A stretch of 63,956 nucleotides of DNA, filler included, from Circinaria calcarea (lineage: Eukaryota): NCBI GenBank assembly GCA_051942165.1. It is 4 parts of 4 records of this genome, joined end to end, with 100 filler letters (N's around TTAATTAATTAA, not from the genome) between each part and the next. Parts side by side here need not be neighbours in the genome. Positions count along the whole stretch, not along the records: positions 32,353 to 48,414 come from JAVECS010000336.1; 3 more parts are not named here. One strand, written 5' to 3'. The stretch's first letter is position 1; every line of letters begins with the position of its first letter. Of this stretch, positions 35,711 to 48,514 are shown in pieces. The notes beneath the pieces were generated by a model. That model saw nothing but the letters and a program-made list of their open reading frames with translations. It did no database searches and had not been told where the DNA came from. The position numbers and the translations under genes were made by a program.

Positions 35711-38700
35711 CTTTTGTTGCTAAAAGGTAGCGAGGATGAGGAGAAGTCAAGACAATTTAACGATGGTTAATAGAATCGCCGTGGAGTAGATCGCTATCTG
35801 GACTGTATATATTCGATCAAAACAGAGGTCCAGAGAAACAATATTATCGAGCCATAGCACCCCATATATGCCTCATTTGCGGCGGTGCAGCTTTCCATTA
35901 TTGAGTTGGTGACGGCAGCTGACCTTCAACACGAGCATTCCTACAACTGAGAGCCCTGGCTCGCCAAGCACGGGCTGACTTCGGGGCGGAGAGCGCTACC
36001 ATAGATATGAGATCAGCCCTATACGGTACCTATCTAATCTTTGGTGGATAACAAACCACAAGAGACAAATTGACGGAGAGGAAAAAGAGTCCACTTAACA
36101 GTTGCGGGTGTCTATATCAATGTCACTTTGGACAATCAAACAGCCCGACTGAAATGACTTGCCTCGATAGAGGAGGAGCCCTAGCTTCCACCTCCATCGA
36201 ACCTATACTAGCGACACGAGCCTCGACATGGCGCGCAAAGGCCTGATAGATGTATAATCACTTCCCATTTCGAACCGCCGCCATCGTTTACGCCGACAAA
36301 CTCTGGCCCCGGACCATTCTATGCCACGCAGTGAAGGCGAAATCTGGGCTGCTCACAATATACATGAACAAATCCCCAAAGGAGATGGATTATCTGATTT
36401 GCCGAGCACTGCACGGTTCTGCTGTGACTTGCAAAGAGTGGGCAGAACCGGGAAATATGAGGGGAGGAGTGCCTAAAGACAATATGGGAGAGGGGTAATG
36501 AGGAATATATGAAGATGCACAGAGTCAGTTGGGAAACCACCAGTCGTGCGTGGACGAAAATCATATCTATACCAAATGGGTATGAGGGTGACCGCTGCTC
36601 TCTACACAAGGTTGTGGGCAAAGTAGTCTTGTTGGTTCATGCGTTAATTCGACCAATTCAAGGTCCTCTGAAGAGCTAGCCAATACGTTTTATCCGAGCC
36701 TCCCTCGTTATCTCTTTTATAACGAATGAAAATCTCGGTGCTGCTGCCCTTTGGGCTCTCTGTTACTCAGCTAGTAACAGAGCACTTTCAGCGATGATCT
36801 TATTGATACGGATCATAGCCGTCAAATATCCCTACTTACGGAGTACTATCTTAATCAGCGGGTACCTGCAGGTTCACGCGACTCTTCTAGCCGGTTATTC
36901 TCAGCTCTTCGGGTCAAACTCCTTATGGTGGCAGCAAAAGTGTCTTGCCTGAATGGGAAAGAAAGCGTTGACGAACACTCTACCCTCCTAGACCAGGCTT
37001 CCGACTTCGGAGTCAGGACTGATATCCTTTTGCCGAGTTTGAGAGCTTGCGGCGCTGTAGTGATCGCTTTTCCAACTGATAGCTCAATGGCAGAGAGTCT
37101 TCAGCTTCTCCAATCATCGGATCGATAGCCAAGTAACATATATATCTGCGTCCGTGGCCATTTCCTAATTTCATCCAGCTAAAATTAGGTCCTTTCAGAG
37201 TCACCGATCTCCTCATTTACTCTGCTGTTGACGACTAGTCTGGTGCAGATTCCTATACCTCCCAAAGCAAGGTCTTTGCCTAAGTGACTGTGATTCCGTC
37301 GGTTCCCTTAACTTGATGAGGTACCTCTTATCCTGGTCCTTCTAGGCCTGTAGGGGAGAGACGTGGCTTCAGCATCTTCTTCCGTCGACATCCTGACAAC
37401 ACTACACTTCCTACTGTTCATAGGTTCTCTGAAGCCAAACTTTCCTTTACCTGTGGGTCCCAGGAACTCGTATTGGGCCGTGTCATACAGGCTTCTGGGC
37501 GGGAGAAGCAGTGGTCCATTTGCCATGGAATCCAAAAGCGGGAAGAGCCATACTAATGGTCGATCCGAACAAGGATACGGTAAGTAGGTATTCGGCTAAT
37601 CAAGGTTTTCCCCGAAGTGAATCTTGGTTATGCTCGGCGTTTGAGATGAAGTCTCGGAGCTGGATGGCGCCTATTTTAGTGCATTTTGAACTGCATTTCG
37701 AACTACGAAGGACTCGCTCTCGCATATTCGTACAGGACGGCCGAAGACTCTCCCTCTTTGGTCTGGCCTGAGCCTTTTTCCGCCGTGCTTTGCAAAGGCC
37801 CAGGCAATTGTGCGTTGGTCTGACGGCTTCGACTGGTGGACTGAAGGTGCATTGGATGGATCGAGGACTGTCACGGGAAGCGTCATGATTGAAGAGAAGA
37901 GTCGGATGGTCCGGATTGCAAACCCAACCCCACTTGACGATTCGTCATTCCGTGTGAAGCCACTGCAGGAATATTGGTATCTTCGTATCACGACGAGTGC
38001 GGTCATCACGCCAATCACTCACCTCATGTGGTGGAACGATAAGAAACTCAAAGGCCTTACTTGAGCAAAGGCAACAATGGCCCGTGTAAGTACAGATACA
38101 CCGAACCCATATGATTGACATTCGGCAGGAGTACGAGCGGTCGAAGCTCCTAAGGCTGCCACAGCACCGCTTAGCGAATGAAATCACTTTATGGCACTCA
38201 TGCCTATACCGAGGGCCAAGAGGGCATTCCGCTGCATGAATTATATCCCTCAATCTCACCTCATCCACGCATCGCCCTTGTGCTTCTCGGACAGTTGGAA
38301 CCAGTCATCTCAGCCCGTAGATATAGCTTCGGTGAGCACGTCTCGTCGGGATTGATCCACGCAGCCTAGAGGATGCCTTGCATATGCCCAGTATTGCGTG
38401 TGGCGTTGTGGGGTGGGGGAAATTCTGGTGTTTCCAATGAGCCCGGGGCCGCATGGTTGGTGGTTTGCATCTGCCGGAAGCGAACACATGCTCGTGTTTC
38501 CTTTCCTGGGCCGTTTCGTCCCATCTTTGCATATGGTTCGGGTCTTCTTCGAACTCTATGCACTTCGGAACTGTGTGGATTGCTCTATTCCTGGTTCTCT
38601 TATACTTTTCCTCGTGGCCGTTCTTGGCATTGGATTCCCCACATGCTAAAAGTGGTTAGGCGACCATTTACGTGGCCATTTCGGGTTTCCCAAACTTTCC

Positions 38701-39213
38701 AGTGCGGAGAGTGATTGCGTGCGCAGAAAGTCGATCCGAGTCGCGGGCACTAAAAATGGCATTCTTTGGCGCTAGCCTAACCGCAAGCGGCGCAAGTGTC
38801 AGGTCGTACAGCCGACCGTTCCCGTGCCAGTCATTGCGTCAGACGGCTGAATCCAAAGCCCATATCAATTTAGCCTCATCTCCATTCACTGACTTTCCCC
38901 AGGCAATAAAGACCTGCATTGGAGCAGAGAGATTTGGGACCGATCATCCTTCGGTACACAAAGTCATGTACCCATTCGGCGAGCTACCAGCGCCACGGAT
39001 TGCATTACGAACACACCCCGAACGAGGGTAATGCTTCGAGAGCTGTTATGGCAATGCTTCGAGAGCCGCGAGGCTGATCTGTGGAGACCGGCCAGACCAT
39101 TGGTCATCGGCCTGACCGCTCAACATTCATGTTCTGGTGGGACGGACCTGTCCAGTATGGTGTGGGAATGATGATCCGATCACTCTACGGTGGTTAGTTG
39201 TCTCTGGAAAAGG

Positions 39214-39221
39214 TATATAAG
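39214..39221 (+). promoter_or_regulatory. Probable TATA box of Thr-repeat gene 1
   Basis: TATATAAG about 130 bp upstream of the ATG. Confidence 0.5.
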
Positions 39222-39346
39222 CAGGTGGAACCCTCCAGACAGATTCGACAGGCTCAAACTCAACCACCACGGCGAACATCCTCACTCTTAAGCACCACCC
39301 AGCCCCGTAGAGACACGTCTTCAGTATCATTCCTTCAACCGTCAAA

Positions 39347-39962
39347 ATGCTCAAAATTTCGTCCGCTCTCGCCATTGCGGCTCTCCTCTTGCCGTAAGCA
39401 TCCACTCCCAACATACCTGCCAGTCTCAACTATAGCGAATAACCATCTTCTTAGTATCGCGATCGCCAACCCTATTACGAGTTCCTATGCGGTCTCCACC
39501 CCCACCAAAACCCAGCAACAGAGTCAATCTACTTGTCCACCCCAGAATACTGTAACATATACCATCACCAAAACCCAGCAACAGAGCCAGACCACATGCC
39601 CAACCACCAAGCAAACTGAGACCAAGACCGAGACTGAGACCAAGACACAGTCTTGCCCAACCACCAAGCAAACTGAGACCAAGACCGAGACCAAGACCAA
39701 GACCGAGACTGAGACCAAGACCAAGACTGAGACTGAGACCAAGACCCAGCCTTGCCCAACCAAGCAGACCGAGACCAAGACCGAGACCAAGACCAAGACT
39801 GAGACCGAGACCAAGACCCAGTCTTGCCCAACCACCAAGCAGACTGAGACCAAGACTAAGACGGAAACTGAGACCAAGACCCAGTCTTGCCCAACCACCA
39901 AGGAGACTGAGACCAAGACCAATACCAACACTAAGCAAACTCCGACTCCGACTTACCATTGA
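39347..39962 (+). CDS. Secreted (Thr-X)n repeat protein 1, ~184 aa (exons 39347-39393, 39455-39962)
   Basis: Signal peptide MLKISSALAIAALLLP|IAIANP; GTAAGC..TAG intron; CPTTKQ(TE/TK)nTQS repeats. Confidence 0.85.
39590..39920 (+). repeat. Coding repeat of 6-bp ACCAAG/ACTGAG/ACCGAG units punctuated by TGCCCAACCACCAAG
   Basis: Directly visible; encodes TK/TE dipeptides and CPTTK. Confidence 0.9.
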
Positions 39963-41240
39963 GATTACTAAGGAGACAGGGGGAGTGGGGGGTTTCCGGC
40001 TGGGTGCTGCGAAGGGAATTTGATATTGATGGGTGGTCTCTGAGTGAGAAAGTGGATACGGGGAATACATATCACATAGGGTGTGGAAGCCGAGTAGCTT
40101 AGCCATTCTTTTGTAGTCATGAGCAATAGCAATAGCAATATCAAAAGCAAAATCGTTGGCTTGGATCCCGGCCGTTTCTCTTTTCCAGCTGTACTTTAGA
40201 GAATGTCCCCCAACTCGAATTCAAGAAAGTATCCGATTGTCTTTACCACGCCGTGAGACTTGGCAATGATTCGGCCATGGACTCCCTCATCGTACTCGAG
40301 AAGGCGCGAAGAGAACAAGACTCGGCTTAGAATAGGTATTATGCCGTGCAGCCCTTGCCGCACCAATAGCCCTTAAGATTGCGCGTAAACAAAGATAAAA
40401 GTTCACTAGCAAATTACTAATGGTACGGAGTACGGCTATCCTAGCTACCCTAGCGCCTTGCGGCGAACCCCTTGTGGAGATCGCAAAGAAGGGGGGAAAT
40501 AAGAAAAGGAAACCTGGAAAAAAAACGCGGCTGTCATTTTCAGCACACCAGCTGTACCATCTGATTCCCAAGAAACGGGTTTCCTGGACTGAATCATTCT
40601 CAATCAGAGCTTTTGCCATAGTTGATGTCTCGAGTGCACCGGTGGTGCAAATTTTTGGGGGAGAAGCTACAGAGGCAAGCAGCAGGGAATATGAAAAAGG
40701 CCTTGAGCTTAGGCTATGGTAGTGATAGTGAATGCCGAACACAGTGACGTATGGTATTACCATATGGTAAGCTACTCGGATCCGGCTCGCGAAAACTTGA
40801 CTCCGTGATGGCGTTTCGCTTGTGGTACCGGTGCTCATCATCGGTCGGGTTGAGATAGTTCGTGGGAGAAAATGGCAGGTACTACGAGCAATCTTGACCA
40901 TTGGACTTTGCCTACGGCATGAGGTCGGGTAAGGCAGGTACAATCACTCAAATACGTCCTCCAAAGTGTTTCACGCTTGCCAGTATTTGTTTAGTGAATA
41001 GGAGAACGGACCTTTCCCCCCGCAAAGTACAGGATATGGCGAGTCCATTGGAGTTGGAGTGAGCAAAAGTGCGGAGAAGGGTTTTATGAAGAACACCCTG
41101 CCAGTACTAACTACCATCGCTATCTATATTCGGTAGGAAGCAAAGACGAACTGATACAGAAGTGCTCTTACCATAAACAATCGATACAGTAGAGAAAGGG
41201 CCGCTTGTCCCCTACTGATGCATATCACAAACTTCAAGAT

Positions 41241-42659
41241 TCATGGTAGCGTTTCCTGTTTCTCCACCGCAGGATATATTTGGTCCCCTGAGCTGACAGT
41301 GCTTGCACTGCATTCGCTGTCCATTCGCCAACTCAGAGGGCGTTCAGCGCCGAGACATATAGTGATCTCATCTTTATCAGGAATGCCGGATTCCAGGCAC
41401 GAATCGGCGTTGATGCCTGCCCGACGCATTGGTAGGTCATCGGGGTGGACTTTCTCGTTCCGCCGGGAGTCTCCAGGAGTGCTTCTGGAAGAGAAGTATC
41501 GTAGGAAGTGCTTCAGCGCGGGCGTACAGCCGCAGATCAAACCGATGTTGACTTCTAGAACAGTGTTTATCTTCAGCTCACTGCACCTTTGTCAGATTCG
41601 AAAAGCAAGCTTCTGGAGCGGTGCAGGAACTTGGTCACCTGCGGGAGACTACTTGTTCGGCAAGCTTCAAGTAATTGGCTGGGTAGAAAGCGCGGACGCC
41701 GCAGGTAAATCGTACGATTGCCACCACGAACGCTCTAGTCAAGATTAGTTAGGCTTGCGTCCAGTTGGCAGCTACGTCGTTGGGATAATACACACATAAT
41801 TCCGCTCATGAAAACCAGAGATACCCCGATCTTCTCCTTCCGTGTAAGCTTTAGACGCCATACCGACGGCAGAGGCAAGACGAAGATGAAGAAATCGGAA
41901 ATGACGTTCATCGAGGCGTATACCTTGGCAGACTTTTTAAGGTCGATGCAGTGACCGGGAGACCCGGGTGTCCAGTTTTTGGAGATGGGTGCGCATCCGA
42001 GGAATAGTATGAGGAAATTACTGAACAAATAAGCGAAGACGAAGAACATGACAGCCCAAGTGGCATATTTGAACTTCCGATCGATGTGGAAAAGTCGGAG
42101 ATAGAGTAGAAGGATGGCCATCTTGTACCCAAGCAAACTAATTAGATACGGGATCGCCGAGATATAGCACCACTAGCAAGGCGATTTTCAGTGTTCGTGC
42201 AAGGGTAACCCTTTCTCTGGGAATTACTTGCTTACCTTGGTATACTCCACGAAGACCTCTGGCGTAATAACCTGATTGGGCGAGCCCATACCATACCGCG
42301 TTGCTATGATGGGTCAGCAGGATGACCTGATGGAGGGGATTGGGTTTAGCTGACTTATACCGATGCAAACGCTATGAGCGATACAAAACGGCTGTGAACG
42401 AGGTTCTCAGCGGATTCCCAATGGATTCTCGGGGGAATCAGGAGCAGACCAATGTCATCGCGGCGATATCTGCGGGTTTTCAGCTGAATCTCCCCTGAGC
42501 GGTCTGATATAGGGTTTACTAACAATCATCCCAGGATAGCGAGCGACTAACAAAAGCCCTAGTCCAAATCCGAAGCGAGACGAATATGGTGGAGAGGACA
42601 GGGACCAAGATGCATGTAGTTAAGATACGCGGAACTTGGTTTGGGACTTTATGATTCAT
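41241..42659 (-). CDS. PTH11-like integral membrane protein (fungal rhodopsin-like domain), multi-exon
   Basis: FVSLRIWTR..LSWDD, KMAILLLYLRLF, NVISDFFIFVLPLPSVWRLKL..KEK, EVNIGLICGCTP motifs. Confidence 0.85.
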
Positions 42660-43930
42660 GTTTATTACTGATTATGTGAGCCGCCTCGTATACAGACTTA
42701 TCCTCGTTGCAGTACTCTGATATTAGTGACAACCGTGAAGCAAGCGTGAGACTGAAAGAAGGAATCAAAGATATCTCTGTCAACCTAGGCTTAGCAAAGA
42801 GCAAGGTCAAGGCAACCGTGAGAGGTATATCACAATGTAATATCGCTAGGCATGAGCAGTTGCGATCCAGGTCTGTTAAACAGGTCGAGGAGATGGGTAG
42901 TTTCCATTCACAAGGGTGGCTACTTGGAGATACATCTCATCTTATGACTGCTACTACTTCCCATGATGACAGAGCGAGAGTCCAGCTCACCGCTGACTGC
43001 GTTCTGCAGGAAATATACTGGCAGCACCAGATATGTGGGATGACAGTCTAGCGCGGAGATTCATGAATCAAAGTTATCTCCCAAAAGCAACCTGAAGATA
43101 ATTGGACGCAGATAAAGGAACGTGTCAACCTTTGCATCTTTTGCCTTGTTGGAGTTTAGATTGGAAGGATAAGCCCTAGTCCAAACCAGTCATACTCGAC
43201 TGGATCGAAGTGTATCTTTACGCAGGAGGAGGATTAATAAGCATCTTTTTACTCGATGCAACCCCGCAAGAATAAAACGCGAACCTCTTTCCATCCCCCA
43301 ACAATCTCTAATCATCGAGACCTTCTTAGCTGGACTTATCCTTATTGTCCGAGATCGGGAGAGACCCCATCATCGCACAGCAAGGTAGAGTGGTGAACCT
43401 GTTGTCAGAATCTCACGCGGCGTGCGATTGGAGTACAGCGATGCAGCTCAGCACAGGAGGAGCGTACAATTGGCATGAGAAGAGGCCAAAGGAGCGGGAA
43501 GGCAGAGGGATTATCGAGTAGTATATCCTACAAATACTCCGCATGAATGTGCTGGGTAGAAAGCTTGCAACTGAATATGGCAGAGCTCTCTGGTTGGTAT
43601 CAATGAGTCGCTATTGTGACGAGCAATATAAATACTGTACCTTAACTTCGAGAAGTGATGCAGTCATTTAGGTTAGCCGTCTCTACGGAGTAAAGTCCGA
43701 GCGCCCGGTTTCCCCACCAAAATACCCCGGTCGATACGGATTTCCCCGCGGATTGAGTCAGTTCCCGCTCCACCAATGTCGTCGCTGCCGCTACCCCGGG
43801 GCTGGCATCGATGGAGCTTTCCCACCGCGCCACGGAGACCCCTTACCTCCCCATATTTCTTGCCCTCCACTCCATCCAAAGCTTCAAGGCTCACTTGCGG
43901 GTTTGGGCAGCACGACCCGTTTCAATTATC

Positions 43931-46075
43931 ATGGCGCCTTCGTTGACCGAGAAGCCCGGTTCCAGCAATTCCAACACGACAAACGAGAAGAGCTTCGAAA
44001 AGTTCTACATTGAGCATGCCGACCCCAATTATACCCAGCTCGTAGACATTGATCCTGCTCTTGATAGAGCCGTTACCCAAACCCTCGGCAAGTACATCGT
44101 CCCATGGATGTTCGGCCTTTTGCTGCTCGTTTTCATCGACAGGAGGAATATAGGTAACGCAAAGATTGATGGCTTAGTGACGGATCTTGCGTCTGGGAGG
44201 CAACAAGCTCAAAATTGGAGTGTGCTTTGCCACATACGAGCCGAAACCGGGCGAATGCAGCAATGACGGCTAACTTGATAGCCGTTGACGGTGTTCTACA
44301 TACTCGACAATCCGGTGGACATTCCCAGTGACTGGGTTGTGAAGGTTTCTTTGCGACTAAGTGGCCCCGAAGGCAGGGTACTGACATTGGAGAGCATGTT
44401 GCTGCCGGTTACTATCTTCCTGCGCTCACTGCGGCCTGGGGGATCGTGGGGACACGTGAGGCCGCCCTTTTCACCCCAATGCATCAAGTTTTCATCTAGA
44501 GCTACCTGCATAGTTATGGGACCCACCAAAGGCTATGGGTAAGCTAACCACCAAGGAGGACCGAGCCATATCATCCTAACCTGTCCAGCGGTCTCGTTGT
44601 CCGCAGATTACTTCTGGGTCTATGTGAAGGTGGCCTTATGGGGGAATGATACTATACATCTCGTTGTGGGACGCCGAATACATATAACGGAAATTGACGC
44701 TAATGGGCCAGCAGGTTCTACAGACGGCATTAGATGCTGTTTCGAATGGGTCTTTTCTACTCTGCTGCACCATTGATCGGGCGCCTTACGTGGACCACTT
44801 GCTACAGGCCTAGCTGAGATACGACTTGGAGGATATAATTGCTGGCCATGGATTTCCATCGTTAAAGGAGTAGGTAGGTTCACGCTAACTGTAGTGTTTG
44901 TCGAGGCACCAAATTGTGACTGGTGTCATCTAGACTATTACTGTCCTTTTCGGGATCTTGACCGCTTTCTTCATACGGCATACACCCGGACAGGCAAAAT
45001 TCTTGACTGAGTAGGAGCGTACACGTGCCTCTCACCGCATGAAGCTCGACGGACACGGGACAACTGCTGCTTCTGATCTTGCTCAAGAGAGATATCTGTG
45101 GATTTGGGTACTGTGACACCATCATCGACGGCGGGCCTGGCCTGTGAAACGATAGGTGCGCATGGCTGTGTTAACACGGTCCTTCTCAGTATTACCTTTT
45201 TTTCTATCATTACTCCATTAGTAGTGTCCTTTCCAAATCTTAACGGTGACTAATTTGGCTTAGTATCTACTCCTGTTCGCCTTTTTACCAACCATTATTT
45301 CCTGTCTGGGTTATACTCGAGTCAGTGTTCAATAGTTTACGATATCACCCAATATGGCTGGGTTTTTGTCCTATCAGGAATCTATGCTTCAGACAGGTTC
45401 AAAGCACGTGGCCCAATCATAATAATTGGATGTTCCCCTGCTATAATTGGCCATGTGATACTACTCACCGCCGAGCATCCCTCCATTCGATACAGAGGGT
45501 ATGTTCACTGTGCCTCGGACCTATATCCCTTATTGACCAGTTTAGCAGGTTTTTCATCGCTGCGGGTAGGCTATCACTCTAAGTGAATCGAGCAATACCG
45601 ACTGGACAAGATCTCGCTAGGTGTTTTCCCTAGTTCTTCGGCGGCAATATGGTGGTGTGTAGTCTTTCACACCCGTCACGTCTTGATCACTGCTTACAAG
45701 TTATGAGGTTTGGATGCGACTTGGCACCGCATTATATGCGAGCCACGGGAATTGGCGTGCAGATTTGCATAGCCAATACCTCCGCTTTCATTGCCACCTT
45801 CACCTACATTCGGAGAGATGCGTGAGAGCTTTCGGACCTACTATAGATCAGATCTGCGGCTGACAGAGACCACCGGGCCTCGATTCGTGACTGGCCACTG
45901 CATTAACGTCGGCATGCTCGTATACGCGGTCATGCTGAGTTTTACGGCAATTATCTACGTCAAGTGGGAAAATGGTAAGCGCGCCAGAGGGGAAAGAAGC
46001 AGTCGTTACTCGAAAAAGACGAGGGATGACTTGGGTACAGGCATCCTCCTTTCAGGTATTTCATATAATCACTAG
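43931..46075 (+). pseudogene. MFS transporter pseudogene (DAL5/TNA1 anion:cation symporter family)
   Basis: YIVPWMFG...FIDRRNIGNAKIDGL, later fragments LLGLCEGG, SDRFKARGP, GPRFVTGHCIN, KWENGKRARGER; many stops and frameshifts. Confidence 0.8.
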
Positions 46076-46846
46076 CTCGTTGGCCGTTGGCTTCCTCTGC
46101 CGCCGCTTTTTGCTTGGTGCTATCTGACGTCAGCTTCGTCATCCGTCAACCCTTCATGAGAGCTGCCAGAATTGTTTGGCTTCCCCCAAAGAGGATTCCT
46201 ACATGGCCTAGACTACGATCCAACAGGTTAGGATGCGGGTTGTGCTGTCGTCGGGCTTTTGGGCGAGAAGCGAGACGCCAAGATGGGGTGCATATGCAAG
46301 GCCATCCCACGGTGGGGGTTCCCTCTCGCTAAATATCCCCTCGAGCCTTTGATCGGCAGCGACACATGCTGGGAGCGAGACGTACCCTCGGTCCTATCGG
46401 CATTTATTGTTAGAAGTGTTTACCATCACCTTATCGAAATGTCGCTTTTTCATTGCACTCTATCCACTGTTCTTCTTGCGAGGCATACTTTCCATCAGTG
46501 CTGTGTATTCTTATCAGTCGGCTCGTTACACAGCATTATCCCCAACATCAGCAGTAGCTGATCATGTACTCTAAATTCTTACACATCATTAGCGGCCAGC
46601 ATTAGAGACAAGAAGACTCTTCAATTCCGAAGCGCTCAATGTACTAACCCATTGAACGGTCAATAACTCATAGGTGGGACTTTACATCCATGGCCTCGGA
46701 GCTGACTGCATCTGCTCACCTTTAGGAGGTGTTTTCCGTAAGTGCTGTGAGATGATGCCTTACAACTTTGTCGGCCTTACATGATAAGTATGTTGTGAGA
46801 CTATCGACCATAGAAGACTTGTTGAGAGCCTCGATAAGAATTTGTC

Positions 46847-46853
46847 TATAAAG
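46847..46853 (+). promoter_or_regulatory. Probable TATA box of Thr-repeat gene 2
   Basis: TATAAAG-like sequence about 135 bp upstream of the ATG. Confidence 0.5.
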
Positions 46854-46981
46854 GCAGCGTCTCGACACATGGATTCTACAAACTCAGTCCTATCATCTCC
46901 GATCGAGCTCTTCTTCTTACAGGACTATCAGACTCTCTTTATAACACCCGTTCCCCCTTGCCATCCACAAGAGGCACAAGA

Positions 46982-48367
46982 ATGACGAAAATCTCGCTCA
47001 TCCCTGCCCTCGTGGCCATTCTCTTACCGTAAGACAGCCGAAACCTTGCCTTCGAGCAATGAATATCAAATCTAACCATCCCCTAGTATCTCCCTCGCCA
47101 ACCCCTTTGCTAAGCCGGGAGACCTTCACCAACCCTATACTTCATCTACATCTACAACTTGCGATCCGTACACCGTCTACCATACTCAAACTGTGCCAGT
47201 GTAAGTTCTATCTTGACATATTCTTGCTAACATGTCAGAAGCACTTTACTAACTTTGAGAAAAAGCACTGTTGGATATACCAAGACGAAAACCTACACCG
47301 TCACCCAAACCCAGACTTTCGCTCCTACCACGGTTTATTACACCAAAACTCAGACCAACACCATCACTGAACAAAAGTATCAAACTAAGACCGTCACTAA
47401 AGCGGAGACCCAAACCAAAATTCAGACGCAAACCGACACTGTCACCAAGACCGCCACCATCACCTCAAGTCCCACAGCCGTAACCAAATATCTTACGAAG
47501 ACCCAAACCGACACCGTCACCAAGATCGCCACCATCACCCCAAGCCCCACATCCATAACCATTTACTCTACCAAGACCCAAACCGATACCGTCACCAAGA
47601 AGCAAGACCAAACCCAAACCGTCACCACCACCAAGGAAGCAACTCAAACCAAAACTCAGACGCAAACCGACACTGTCACCAAGACCGCCATTATAACCAA
47701 AGCTCCCCCGCCCACAACTATCTTTACCACCAAAACCCAAACGGATATTGTCACCAAGACCGCCATTATAACCAAAGCCCCCCCGCCCACAACTATCTTT
47801 ACCACCAAAACCCAAACGGATACCATTACCAAAAACCAGAACCAAACCGTCACCGTCCCCGTTACCAAAGTACAAACTCAGACCCAGACCATCACCCAGA
47901 AGGACACCCAAACAGCTACCGTAACCAAGGCGCAGACCCAGACTCAAACTGCCACCGTCACCAAGGAACAAATCCAGACGAAGACTCTGACCCAAACCGA
48001 TTTCCAAACCAAGACTAAGACCCAGACGGACACCCAGACTCAGACGGAAACAAAGATAAAGACGAAAACGGAGACGCAAACCCAATGCCCTACTACCAAG
48101 ACCAAGGAGCCATACACGTACACGAGCCCCACAAGCTCTTCGAGTTCCACTTGGTACACCGTCAGCACGACGGAGGAGCCACATCCGAGTTATAGCTCGG
48201 CTTCCACTTCCACTTGGTACACCGTCAGCACGACGGAGGAGCCACACCCGAGTTATAGCTCGGCTTCCACTTCCACTTGGGGGGATGTAAGTACGAGTAC
48301 GAGTACGACTGAGACCTGGGGTCCGACTACGACTGCGAAGCCGACTACGTCTTACTGGGTAGGCTGA
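46982..48367 (+). CDS. Secreted (Thr-X)n repeat protein 2, ~420 aa (exons 46982-47028, 47087-47200, 47266-48367)
   Basis: Signal peptide MTKISLIPALVAILLP|ISLANP; spliced exons stay in frame; TKTQTDTVTK repeats; no hydrophobic GPI tail. Confidence 0.85.
48145..48279 (+). repeat. Two near-identical 60-bp coding tandem repeats (TWYTVSTTEEPHPSYSSASTS)
   Basis: TCCACTTGGTACACCGTCAGCACGACGGAGGAGCCACA occurs twice, 60 bp apart. Confidence 0.9.
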
Positions 48368-48414
48368 GAGATAACGAGAGAGAGCGCGGAGGGGGGCAGG
48401 GCGGGGGTTTGAGA

Positions 48415-48514
48415 NNNNNNNNNNNNNNNNNNNNNNNNNNNNNNNNNNNNNNNNNNNNTTAATTAATTAANNNNNNNNNNNNNNNNNNNNNNNNNNNNNN
48501 NNNNNNNNNNNNNN
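48415..48514. other. Artificial contig spacer
   Basis: Same 100-nt N/TTAATTAATTAA linker. Confidence 0.97.

Noticed and set aside
36250..38714. Protein-like short ORFs, possible decayed gene
   Set aside because: Could not assign a family or link the fragments; needs blastx
39426..40106. Antisense (LG)n, (VS/VL)n and (SW/SR)n ORFs
   Set aside because: Shadows of the 6-bp coding repeat; the plus strand has the signal peptide, intron and TATA box
47465..48247. 260-aa Gly/Leu-rich antisense ORF
   Set aside because: Shadow of the Thr-repeat gene on the opposite strand
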